Below are positions 9,234-18,971 of a DNA stretch of 64,000 bases, piece by piece. Each line of letters starts with the position of its first letter. Position 1 is the stretch's first letter. The DNA comes from Candidatus Poribacteria bacterium. Lineage in GTDB: Bacteria > Poribacteria > WGA-4E > WGA-3G. Where the stretch lies: NCBI GenBank assembly GCA_965198235.1, contig OZ240248.1, positions 2,656,001 through 2,720,000 on the forward strand. Reading direction: 5' to 3'. The position numbers and the translations under genes are program-made. A model generated the notes under the pieces. It was not told the origin of the DNA and ran no database searches. It saw only the letters and a list, made by a program, of their open reading frames with translations.

Positions 9234-10754
9234 ATGAACACAACCATCCAGAAAACAGAAGCACTCATCCATTCCACACGCGTGCTTGATGCGATGTATA
9301 CGGACGATCCTTATCGACCCTGCTATCACTTCACCCCGCCGTTCGGTTGGATGAACGATGTCAACGGTTCGATCTTTTGGAAGGGACGGTACCATATCTT
9401 CTATCAGCACAACCCTGAAGGTGGCTATTGGAAATGGATGCAATGGGGACACGCATCGAGTGTCGATCTGGTGCATTGGGTGCATCACCCGATTGCCTTA
9501 ACGCCCGACCTCGATGGACCAGACCGTAACGGCTGCTTTAGCGGCGGTGCTCTCGTGAGTCGAGAGGGCATCCCAACGTTCATCTATCATGGCGTTCCAG
9601 ACGGAACGTGTATCGCAACGAGTGATGATGATTTGCTCATCACGTGGGACAAGCATCCAGCCAATCCGGTAATTCCTGTACCCGCACCCGGTGAGAAAGG
9701 ACACGGCGAATATATTGTGTTTGACCCGTGTGCTTGGGTGGAGGACGATACGTATTACGCGCTCATCGGGAATACGATACCCGGACAGAGTGGGGACGGG
9801 ACTGCGCTGTTTAAGTCGTCTAATCTTGTGGAGTGGGAATTTGTGCGCTCCTTTTATCAATCGCGGCGCGAGTGGACAGACGCGAAAGAAGACTGTGCCG
9901 TCCCCGATTTTTATCCGTTGGGCGATAAACACATGCTACTGTTTTGTAGCCATTGGCAAGGCACACAGTATTACCTCGGCAGATTTGAAAACGAGCGGTA
10001 TTATGTCGAAAACTACGGACGGATGAGTTGGGAGGGTGGGCTGCTCGGTGGAGCCCGCTCGCTGTTAGACGCGCAAGGACGTCGTATCTTTTTCGATTGG
10101 ATTCGCGAAATTCGCGGCGTTGAACAGGAGCGTGCCTCCGGTTGGTCAGGGGTGATGACACTGCCGCGTATCCTTTCCGTCGCAACCGACGGTAGTCTAC
10201 AGATTGAGCCAGTGCCGGAGTTGGAATGCCTGCGGATGAACCCGAAAGTACGTGAAAATATCACGCTAAACGCTGATACGTTGAACTTAGAAGAGATCCA
10301 AGGGAACTGCCTTGAATTGGCTGTCGAAATTGAACTCGGCGATGCAACTGAGGTCGGCGTTCAAGTGCTCTGCTCGCCCGATCAAGCTGAACAAACCGGG
10401 ATTCTGTCCGTTCCAGCAGAGAGAACGTTGAAAATCGAGGTCAGTCGTTCCACCTTGAACGAAGCCATCCGGTATCCACACTACCGGGACGCCGGTGGCA
10501 CTGCGAGATTGCCGGAGTCGGAGCAGTTTGTTGACGCGCAGTGTGCACCGTTCATGTTGAAGGACAACGAAACACTTCAACTCCGCATCTATGTTGATAA
10601 ATCTGTAGTTGAAGTATTCGCTAACGGTAGGCAGTGCATTACACAGCGGGTCTATCCGACGCGAGCCGATAGCACCGGTGTGAGATTGGTGAGTCGTGGT
10701 GGACAAGCACGTTTCCGATCCGTTCAGGCGTGGGAGATGGCACCCGCAATTTGA
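9234..10754 (+). CDS. Glycoside hydrolase family 32 protein with atypical catalytic motifs
   Basis: WMNDVNG, WGHASSVDLVHW, FSG, C-terminal DKSVVEVFAN. Confidence 0.9.
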   Translation: MNTTIQKTEALIHSTRVLDAMYTDDPYRPCYHFTPPFGWMNDVNGSIFWKGRYHIFYQHNPEGGYWKWMQWGHASSVDLVHWVHHPIALTPDLDGPDRNGCFSGGALVSREGIPTFIYHGVPDGTCIATSDDDLLITWDKHPANPVIPVPAPGEKGHGEYIVFDPCAWVEDDTYYALIGNTIPGQSGDGTALFKSSNLVEWEFVRSFYQSRREWTDAKEDCAVPDFYPLGDKHMLLFCSHWQGTQYYLGRFENERYYVENYGRMSWEGGLLGGARSLLDAQGRRIFFDWIREIRGVEQERASGWSGVMTLPRILSVATDGSLQIEPVPELECLRMNPKVRENITLNADTLNLEEIQGNCLELAVEIELGDATEVGVQVLCSPDQAEQTGILSVPAERTLKIEVSRSTLNEAIRYPHYRDAGGTARLPESEQFVDAQCAPFMLKDNETLQLRIYVDKSVVEVFANGRQCITQRVYPTRADSTGVRLVSRGGQARFRSVQAWEMAPAI

Positions 10755-10762
10755 GAGAAAAT

Positions 10763-10791
10763 TTGACTTTTGTATTGAAATAACGTATACT
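10763..10791 (+). promoter_or_regulatory. Sigma70-like promoter
   Basis: TTGACT-17 nt-TATACT. Confidence 0.6.
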
Positions 10792-10801
10792 CCTCCTATG
10801 A

Positions 10802-11066
10802 ATGTGAGTTCGATTTAAGGATTTAGAGGAACCCGACGCGATACATCATGTCTATCACAGATTTGGTGACATGTATCTCCGGCAAGCCGAAGAAAGTCGT
10901 GCGATGGCATACCGCTCCGCTGGAGCGGAAGCGTCGAGTCGGCTCGCTGCTATAGATATATTGCTCCTCTGGAGCAAAGGTACGCCTTTTAGATATGATG
11001 TTGGGTTTCAGATGTGCTCAACCCAACCTACGTCTATAAGTGCATTTTTATTATCGAACTCACGTT
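10802..11066. mobile_element. Inverted-repeat-bounded composite repeat element
   Basis: GTGAGTTCGAT ... ATCGAACTCAC ends enclosing several hairpin repeats; related ends near 15818, 16110 and 54147. Confidence 0.6.
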
Positions 11067-11117
11067 ATGAGATTCGTTGAATTAAAGCGTCAAATGTCAG
11101 CTTGTGAGGTAAACATC

Positions 11118-11927
11118 ATGATTTATGAGATTCCGAAAACAGTCTTAGGTCGCACAGGGTTGACGGTTACCCGACTCGGTATCGGTGGTGCGTATTGCGA
11201 ATCCGTTGACGGTTACCGCAAAGCAATTGATGCCGGTATTAATTATATTGATACAGCGCGGGCATACAGAGATGGTGAGGACGAAAAAGTCATCGGAACC
11301 GCCATAAAAGGGCAACGCGATGCGCTGATTCTTGCGACGAAAACCGCTAAGCGCGATGCAAAAAGCGCACGGACAGAACTTGAAACATCGTTACAGATGC
11401 TTGGCGTTGATTACATTGATGTCTATCAACTCCATCATCTGAACACAGAAGAGGAACGAGACCAAGCCTTGGCACCCGGCGGAGCATTGGAGATGGCTCA
11501 GGGGGCACGAGATGAAGGACTCATCCGCTTCATCGGCGTTACCGGACACGATTGGATCGAGATACAACACGCCGTTGACACGGGATTTTTCGACACCGTT
11601 CTCTGTTGGTATAACTGTGCGATGAAAACGCCCGAAGACACCATTTTCCCTGCTGCCGACAAACACAATACGGGTGTCGTCATTATGAATGCCTCTCGGA
11701 ATGATAGACTATTTGGAGACGCAGACGCGCCATCTCCAGAACAATTCTACCGCTATGTGCTCAGTCATAAAAGTGTAGACCTCACGATTATGGGATTGAG
11801 AGACATTGAACGATTCCATCGGGTTGCAGAAGCACTTTCCGAGCAAGAGACCTTAGCCTCGGAGGCGCGAATAGATATGGAAAAATATGGGGCGCAGCGG
11901 CTCGAAGAAGGGGCACTGACCCCTTAA
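11118..11927 (+). CDS. Aldo/keto reductase
   Basis: LGRTG, IDTARAY, ATK, YIDVYQLH. Confidence 0.92.
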   Translation: MIYEIPKTVLGRTGLTVTRLGIGGAYCESVDGYRKAIDAGINYIDTARAYRDGEDEKVIGTAIKGQRDALILATKTAKRDAKSARTELETSLQMLGVDYIDVYQLHHLNTEEERDQALAPGGALEMAQGARDEGLIRFIGVTGHDWIEIQHAVDTGFFDTVLCWYNCAMKTPEDTIFPAADKHNTGVVIMNASRNDRLFGDADAPSPEQFYRYVLSHKSVDLTIMGLRDIERFHRVAEALSEQETLASEARIDMEKYGAQRLEEGALTP

Positions 11928-11939
11928 CGCCGATACTGA

Positions 11940-12061
11940 TAGGACTTACGCAGTTCACCCGTTTTCGTGCGGTCTTTCGTTCGTAGTAGCGCAATTCATT
12001 GCGCGTTCTTCGGTGATATCCGCTCAATGTCGGCATCGACTCCAAATTTGCGTAAGTCCTA
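11940..12061. mobile_element. MITE/REPIN-like element with a 13-bp terminal inverted repeat and an internal REP
   Basis: TAGGACTTACGCA ... TGCGTAAGTCCTA; internal GTAGTAGCGCAATTCATTGCGC. Confidence 0.75.
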
Positions 12062-12110
12062 ACTGAAATGAGTGAACGAGTGAATTTGCTAACAAACGAA
12101 TGGAATTTCA

Positions 12111-13385
12111 ATGGATAAAAGCGCATCAGATCAGACAAACGCCCGTTCGGAAGAATCCTATCCGTCCGAAAAACGCAATTTAATTGTATTCGCTCTAAAC
12201 CAGATTCTGATGCGTCTCGGTTGGATGTTCAAAGCCGAGTCTGTGGTCATTCCAGCGTTTATTGACATCTATACTTCGTCTGGAACCATCCGCGGATTGC
12301 TCCCGCTCATTCTGCGAATCGGGCAGAGCCTACCCCAGTTTCTCGTCGCGCAGCGTGTCGCGCAGATGCCCAAAAAACAGGGATTCTTTATTCTCACAGG
12401 ATTCGGTTTTGCCATCCCTTGGTGCGTGTTGTCCCTGATATTGAGTTTAACACACTGGTCAGCAAATGTTATCGTTGCTATTTTTCTTGTGCTGTGTACC
12501 TTGCACTGGCTCATAGTCGGTTGCAATCATCTGGCTAACGGAACGTTACAAGGAAAACTCATTAGTCCCGAAAAACGGGGCAGACTCCTCGCCTATTCCA
12601 ATGTCATCGGTTGTTCACTTTCGATCGGACTCGCCGTTTACCTCATGCCGCGCTGGCTTTCTGACAGCAACCCGCGTTATGCGGTGATTTTCGCTGTAAC
12701 GGCTGGTGCCTTCGGTATCGCCGCTTTAATTAGTTTTTGGTTTAAAGAACTCCCTTCACAACCAGAAGGCACGGCACCTTTTTTTAAATTTCTCGGTGAT
12801 GCACTCCTCTTGTTGAGACATGATAGAAATTTTCGACGATTTGCGATCGTTATCCTGCTGTTTTACTCGATTTGGCCCCTTTTTCCACACTATGCGGTTT
12901 TCGGAAAGCGGACATTAGGGCTCGCCTCTTCTGGTTTCGTCACGTTAATAGTTGCCCAAAATGCCTCTAATGCTGTCGGTGCCGGTGTCATGGGCAACAT
13001 CGCAGACCGCTCAGGAAACCGATTTGTGCTGCGTTTTCTGATATTAATCAGTGCGTTTACGCCATTACTGGCGGTCGGCATCAGTCGAATGCCGTCCGGT
13101 GCGCAGTTGTACTGGATTATCTTTGCCCTTATCGGATTTACACCCGTGTCTGCCCGCATCGTCACAAACTACACCCTTGAAATCGCACCACAGGAGAAAC
13201 ACCCTCAATATCTCGGCGTGATGAGCCTTTTTCAGGCGATCCCCTTGTTTGTTTCACCCTTGACTGGTGCGTTAATCGAGGAATTCGCCTTTGAACCGGT
13301 TTTCATCACTTGTTCGGCACTCGTTTCACTTGGATTCTTGCTAACCTTCCGATTGGCTGAACCCCGATTTAACCAAAAGTCCTGA
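12111..13385 (+). CDS. MFS transporter
   Basis: About 12 TM segments, GNIADRSGNR motif A. Confidence 0.9.
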   Translation: MDKSASDQTNARSEESYPSEKRNLIVFALNQILMRLGWMFKAESVVIPAFIDIYTSSGTIRGLLPLILRIGQSLPQFLVAQRVAQMPKKQGFFILTGFGFAIPWCVLSLILSLTHWSANVIVAIFLVLCTLHWLIVGCNHLANGTLQGKLISPEKRGRLLAYSNVIGCSLSIGLAVYLMPRWLSDSNPRYAVIFAVTAGAFGIAALISFWFKELPSQPEGTAPFFKFLGDALLLLRHDRNFRRFAIVILLFYSIWPLFPHYAVFGKRTLGLASSGFVTLIVAQNASNAVGAGVMGNIADRSGNRFVLRFLILISAFTPLLAVGISRMPSGAQLYWIIFALIGFTPVSARIVTNYTLEIAPQEKHPQYLGVMSLFQAIPLFVSPLTGALIEEFAFEPVFITCSALVSLGFLLTFRLAEPRFNQKS

Positions 13386-13472
13386 GAATCGGTATGCTAT
13401 CACGTTTTTAAGGGTGAATATAGGTTGCCCTCGTATACACAGTCAATAAGTTAGCACAGGAGGAACGCCACC

Positions 13473-14336
13473 ATGGCGGAGAAAATGTCGTGCCCATTTT
13501 GTGGTACTCAGGTCGAATACGCTATCGAAAATTCTCCTGATTGGTATCGCGATCCTTCCCTACCCGTCTACCGAATCGATTGTCATGATAAATGTAGGCA
13601 GTATTGGCTTGAAGGAATTTCTGACCCGCACCCACAGATTGATCCCGCTATCCTTACCTTCCTGGATTCACTCGATGATGAACAACGAACATTTATATCC
13701 GAATCAACGCAACACGCTTGTGACAATGGTATTTTGATAGTTTATAACAGAAGTGCGTTAGGATACCTTACCACCGATTGGCATTATGCAAAAGCGGCTG
13801 TTATGTCGTTCGGATTCAATGACGTTTCATTCCGAATCAGTGGTGTGGGATTTGATATTGCTAATATGTTGTTTTTCGTGCACACTGAGGACGCTCGGTT
13901 CACACTCAGACTCCATCGAGTCGGAACTTCTGTCCATAAAATTCGGTCTGAAATTTATTGGTTAAAGGCACTTTGGAACGAGGGACGAATCAAGACCCTC
14001 TCGCCTGTGCTTGGACGTGATGGGAAAATGATTCAATGTGTCTCCCCAAACGACCTACCCTCGCGCTATGCGACTGTATATGATTGGATTCCTGGCGAGA
14101 CGCTTAACACACTCCCTGCAGCAAAGAAAACACCAGAACTGATTCGGAGTCTCGGTATCATAGTGGGTCGCATGCACTATGTATCAGAAACCTTAGAGCT
14201 CCCGCAATGGTTTACCCGTCCGCGATACGACATAGACTGGGTTACCCCCCAGGTTGAAAAGGCACTTGGAAATGATGAAATGGACTCTTCGGCGGAGGAG
14301 CTTGCAAAACTATCCTCTGGAATACGTCCCTCTTGA
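13473..14336 (+). pseudogene. Zn-ribbon plus APH/homoserine kinase II-like phosphotransferase, C-terminally truncated
   Basis: CPFC..CHDKC N-terminus; LRLHR, SEIYWL, LG..VGRMH; ends before any HxDxxxxN catalytic loop. Confidence 0.65.
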
Positions 14337-14404
14337 TTGACCTACCTTCACATCTGTGATAACATGTCTGCACGAAAGATACGGAGTGTCTAAGGAGTCT
14401 CCAC

Positions 14405-15796
14405 ATGGAACATCGCTATCTTTTCCTCGACCTGCATCACATCACTCGAATCGAACGATTGTATCGCCGAATACACCAACCCCAACGGCATCCTAATAAC
14501 CCGGTATTGCGCGGTGAGAATCCGTGGGAGAGTGTCGCATCCCTCTACGGCACAGTCCTCTATGACCCAGAGAATTCACTCTTCAAAATGTGGTATCTCA
14601 CAGGACCTTACGTTGATGGAATGGTGCAAATCCGTCAACGGAACGCGCTCGGCAATGTGACACTCCTCGGCTATGCTACCTCAACCGATGGCGTACACTG
14701 GGAGAAACCCATCCTAAACCAAGTCGACTTTGAAGGAAGCACCGCCAATAATCTTATTGATGTCGGACGCACAAACTGCGAAGGCATGGCTGTCATCTAC
14801 GATGAGCACGAAACGGACCCTACCCATCGTTACAAAGGCTTTTATTGGGAACACGGTGGGATCGACACCTTCATTCAGCACGAAGGACGGACGATCTGGG
14901 GACGTGGGGAGGGAGACGGCATGTGGATGTCTTTTTCTCCAGACGGTGTTCACTGGAAAAACTGCGAAACCAATCCCGTCATTCCGCTTGATAGCGACAC
15001 GACTCAATCCTTAGTGTGGGACCCGAAAATACAGAAATACGTTGTCTTTGGGCGATTCGGGGCAGGTGGACGCAAAACCGCTCGCGCCGAGAGTCCCGAC
15101 GCGATCCACTTCAGCGGACCGAAACGCGTGTTTGAATGCGATGAGGTTGATGAGGAAGGCACCCAAATTTACGGCATGCCAATCAACATCTACGAAGGTA
15201 TCTATCTCGGTATGATCTGGGTCTATCGCGAAGGCGTTGATGGCACGATTGACACATCGCTCGCGATGAGCCGTGATGGTATCAACTGGCAACGCGTCCT
15301 GGATCGTCAAACATTCCTATCGCTCGGGCAGGCGGGCAGTTGGGAAGACGGGATGGTGAGAATCACCCAGAATTTTGTCACACATGACGATCAAATCTAT
15401 TTCTATTACGGTGGCGTGAACGGACCGCACACCGGCAGGAAATTCAAGCAGGTCGAACGTAAGCACACATCCATGCTCGGCTTGGCGACATTACGGCGTG
15501 ACGGATTCGTCTCACTTGATGCAGATGAAACCGAAGGGTACATGCTGACGAAACCGATAACGCTCAATGGTGGGGAATTACTCCTCAATGTTGATGCGAG
15601 TCAAGGTTATGTTATCGTTTCGGTCACGGATGATACAGGGGCACCTCTGGAAAATTATACCTCTCAGCGGATTGTCGGAGATCAATTGGATGCAGAAATT
15701 AAATTTAACCGTTCGCTGGAAGCACTTAAAGGAAAAGAGCTCCGACTCCAATTTCAAATCAGAAACGCGAGTCTGTATTCCTACTGGTTCGTTTAA
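14405..15796 (+). CDS. Five-bladed beta-propeller glycoside hydrolase-like protein
   Basis: STDGVHWEKP, SPDGVHW, SRDGINW, LRRDGF. Confidence 0.75.
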   Translation: MEHRYLFLDLHHITRIERLYRRIHQPQRHPNNPVLRGENPWESVASLYGTVLYDPENSLFKMWYLTGPYVDGMVQIRQRNALGNVTLLGYATSTDGVHWEKPILNQVDFEGSTANNLIDVGRTNCEGMAVIYDEHETDPTHRYKGFYWEHGGIDTFIQHEGRTIWGRGEGDGMWMSFSPDGVHWKNCETNPVIPLDSDTTQSLVWDPKIQKYVVFGRFGAGGRKTARAESPDAIHFSGPKRVFECDEVDEEGTQIYGMPINIYEGIYLGMIWVYREGVDGTIDTSLAMSRDGINWQRVLDRQTFLSLGQAGSWEDGMVRITQNFVTHDDQIYFYYGGVNGPHTGRKFKQVERKHTSMLGLATLRRDGFVSLDADETEGYMLTKPITLNGGELLLNVDASQGYVIVSVTDDTGAPLENYTSQRIVGDQLDAEIKFNRSLEALKGKELRLQFQIRNASLYSYWFV

Positions 15797-16139
15797 GCAC
15801 AACGAATTTTACTATAAACGTGAGTTCCATAATAATATCCAAGTGTGGACGTAGGTGTTTTTGCTTGGGTGTTTCCCCCAGGTTGAGCCATAAAAGACCC
15901 AGACTGTCTCGTTTATATGGAGGATTCGCTTCTCATGGTCTATTGGGGCAAGGAGATGGAGCGAAACCCAACAATTTAAACGTTGTAAGTGTAATAATGT
16001 GTTGGGTTCGCTCGTATTCTGGTGATTTTAGGTTTCTTGATGAATTTGAGCGTTATCTGTTCTGTGCGATTTCCAATAAATTCCCGTTCAACCCAACCTA
16101 CGCACTTAAGTCGAACTTAGGTTATGCAAGGAGGAAAAG

Positions 16140-16559
16140 ATGAAACATATTTATCACAAAGAGGATGCCGAAGTCCTACGTATTGAAGGCGAGGCTCCAC
16201 GGACATTGTACACCCTCGTCGAACCGAATACCGTTGGCACTGAACACTTTGCCATGGGATTGGAAGAGGTTGATCCTAATAGCGAGATTCCTATCCATTT
16301 CCACAACGAAGCCGAAGAGATCATTTTTGTCTATGGTGGGCAAGGGAAAGGATTCGTCGGTGATGAAGTCGCCGATTTGAGGCCCGGCACGGTTATCTAT
16401 ATTCCACCCAACGTGGAACACCGCTTTGTCAATACAGGAGATGAATCGCTCTGGATTACATGGACGCTCTCACCGCCCGGTTTTGAGAAACAGATTCGAC
16501 AGATCGCAGACGGTTCCGCTGGAATGGAAGTCTTTAGCGAATCTAAAGACGGTTCCTAA
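16140..16559 (+). CDS. Cupin domain protein
   Basis: HFH..EE..VYGG, IPPNVEH. Confidence 0.9.
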   Translation: MKHIYHKEDAEVLRIEGEAPRTLYTLVEPNTVGTEHFAMGLEEVDPNSEIPIHFHNEAEEIIFVYGGQGKGFVGDEVADLRPGTVIYIPPNVEHRFVNTGDESLWITWTLSPPGFEKQIRQIADGSAGMEVFSESKDGS

Positions 16560-16595
16560 ATTATGTAGGACTTACAAGAGGTTTCAACGATACTT

Positions 16596-16982
16596 ATGAA
16601 TGTTTATGTCAGTTTGGTAACTGGTATCGTGTACGTGGAATTTGCGGTACTTATGGGATTCTTGGTGTTTTTCTACTTCCGAACGCGGTCAAAGGGTTTG
16701 ATACTGGTCACCGCGGGACTGGCACTCATGCAAGTCAACGTTCTCACCTGGATTGCCGCTGCTGTTTGCAACGTATTTAATATAGGGCAATGGGAGCCGG
16801 GTATAGATGTAAGGGGCGTGAAATTGTTCCAAAGATTGGACATCGCCATAGTAACCACTGGTATAGAAGCCATGTTATGCTACGGTTTATGTCTACTCGG
16901 TGCATTTCTCATTTACAAAGAGTGGCGACAGGCAAAGTTTCGCCAACCCGAACCTGAACCCATAGAAGAACCCACGTCATAA
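16596..16982 (+). CDS. Hypothetical membrane protein (about 3 TM)
   Basis: Three hydrophobic segments. Confidence 0.65.
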   Translation: MNVYVSLVTGIVYVEFAVLMGFLVFFYFRTRSKGLILVTAGLALMQVNVLTWIAAAVCNVFNIGQWEPGIDVRGVKLFQRLDIAIVTTGIEAMLCYGLCLLGAFLIYKEWRQAKFRQPEPEPIEEPTS

Positions 16983-17089
16983 CGAAATCAATTAAGGCCA
17001 TTTTTATGTCCGACCACCGTAGGCGAGGTTTGTAACCTCGTCCTTCTGTTGGTGTATAGGTAATGTAGAGCTTACTATAATGAATTCTT

Positions 17090-17119
17090 TTGACAGATTC
17101 TGATTGGATATGTTACCAT
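17090..17119 (+). promoter_or_regulatory. Sigma70-like promoter of the ATPase-PIN pair
   Basis: TTGACA-18 nt-TACCAT with extended TG. Confidence 0.5.
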
Positions 17120-17194
17120 AATCGGTGGAGTTATTGAGAACGTTGCAAATCACTGTATTCCAAAATCTAACGATGATGTTGCGGAGATGACAAC

Positions 17195-18499
17195 ATGAGC
17201 ATTACCCAATTCACAATGGAAGAAGTCCGTTGTTTTGGTGCACGTCAAACATTTAAGATTCGTCCCCTGACTTTTTTAGTTGGAGAAAATAGCACTGGTA
17301 AAACAACAGCACTCGCGTGTTTTCAGGTGTTAGCAAATTATTTGTGTGATAGGGGAATGGATTTTAACTCACACCCTTACTCTATGGGAACCTTTAGGGA
17401 TATTGTCAGAAATAGCAAAAAAAGAGAGAAAAATTTTAAGCTTGGATTTACTTATGAATACAATAATGAAAATATTGAAACAACAGTTGAGCTCGTTGAA
17501 AAAAAGGCAGGGATAGAACCGATTGTTAGTTCGGTAATAATGAAATTGACTGATGGTGAAATTGTTATTCGGTCCAAAGACACAATGAACAGGGAGGTGC
17601 GTTTAGACTTTTTTGATGAAGAACAGGATCGATATAGAATAGTTTGCGGAACTGATATATTAAACGAGCTTCCTTTGTTCTTCTTGTTCCCACCTTTTGG
17701 AGGGAAATCTGAGGGGGAAATTGCTTTCTCGAAATATTTTGAGAAAAAAGGTGAAAAATCTAAAAAAAGCAGTTATCTACCATGGGATCCCCTTAGAACT
17801 CTGCCGGTATTTAGTACATCACCGGTTCGCTCACGACCTAAGCGAACTTATGATCCGACGCGAGAATTTAACGATCCGGAGGGTAGTGATGTTCCTATGT
17901 ATTTAATGCGGATTGAGGCAACCCAAAAAGAGAATTGGGAGGGATTGAAGCAGCAGTTGGTCGAATTTGGTAAGAGTTCAGGATTGTTTCAGAACATAAA
18001 AATAAAAAAACTTGGGCGATCCTTGGGTGCCCCCTTCCAGCTTCAATTCAAAGTAAGAGGACCTACTTCTAATATTATCGATGTTGGTTACGGTGTCAGT
18101 CAAATTCTGCCGATCTTGGTGCAGATCTTAAATCCTAATATATCTCGGGGTACCCCTAGATTGTCGAGTTTTTCCTTATTACAACAGCCTGAAGTCCATT
18201 TACACCCAAGAGCACAGGCGGAATTCTCTTCTTTATTGGCGAGATTAGCGAATAAAGGCAACAGTTCATTCATTATTGAAACCCATAGCGACTATATGAT
18301 TGACCGTGCCCGTATTGAAATTAGAAAGGGAAATATCCGGCCCGAAGATGTGTCCCTAATATACTTTGAGCCGAAGGGAAATATCGTCAAGGTACATAAT
18401 ATCAGTTTTGATAAGATGGGTAATATGGAAGGCGTGCCACCACATTATGGAGAATTTTTTCTGAAGGAGACCGATAGACTCATGGGATTTGAGGATTAA
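17195..18499 (+). CDS. ABC-type ATPase (AAA_21/DUF3696-like)
   Basis: GENSTGKT, DVGYGVSQILP, QQPEVHLHP, IETHS. Confidence 0.9.
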   Translation: MSITQFTMEEVRCFGARQTFKIRPLTFLVGENSTGKTTALACFQVLANYLCDRGMDFNSHPYSMGTFRDIVRNSKKREKNFKLGFTYEYNNENIETTVELVEKKAGIEPIVSSVIMKLTDGEIVIRSKDTMNREVRLDFFDEEQDRYRIVCGTDILNELPLFFLFPPFGGKSEGEIAFSKYFEKKGEKSKKSSYLPWDPLRTLPVFSTSPVRSRPKRTYDPTREFNDPEGSDVPMYLMRIEATQKENWEGLKQQLVEFGKSSGLFQNIKIKKLGRSLGAPFQLQFKVRGPTSNIIDVGYGVSQILPILVQILNPNISRGTPRLSSFSLLQQPEVHLHPRAQAEFSSLLARLANKGNSSFIIETHSDYMIDRARIEIRKGNIRPEDVSLIYFEPKGNIVKVHNISFDKMGNMEGVPPHYGEFFLKETDRLMGFED

Positions 18500-18502
18500 G
18501 TG

Positions 18503-18920
18503 ATGTGTGTTGTTTTGGATGCCAATTGTATTGGCAAATTTAATAAGGGGATAGATGAAGATATAAAGCCCGTGAGGCACTGGGTGTATAACAGAAATGG
18601 TAAAATCGTTTACGCGAATACCGAAAAGTTTAGAGGAGAATGGAAGAGCGCGGGAGGGTACAAATTGAGGCGGGAACTGCTAAGACGGAACAAACTCAAA
18701 GAGATGCTAGCTCAGGATGTAGTAGAGAAAGAGAATGGACTCAAGGGAGAAATAACATCAGACGACGAGCATATTATCGCATTAGCCATAGTAGCCGAAG
18801 TAAAAGTATTGGTTTCCGACGATATAAAACTAATCAGAGATTTTAAGAATCACATAACTCGGGGAAAAGTGTATAGAACAAAGAAACACACACCTATTGA
18901 AGAAAGACACCTGCCCTTAA
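18503..18920 (+). CDS. PIN-domain protein, probably frameshifted near the 3' end
   Basis: VVLDAN, SDDEHIIALA, LVSDD; the alternative frame ends LLKKDTCP* at 18920. Confidence 0.8.
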
Positions 18921-18923
18921 AAT

Positions 18924-18962
18924 GTGGGCGGTGCGAGGCACGGCGACCTCGCACTACCGCAC
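18924..18962. terminator. Hairpin between convergent genes
   Basis: GTGCGAGG..CCTCGCAC stem. Confidence 0.45.
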
Positions 18963-18971
18963 AATCTCCCT

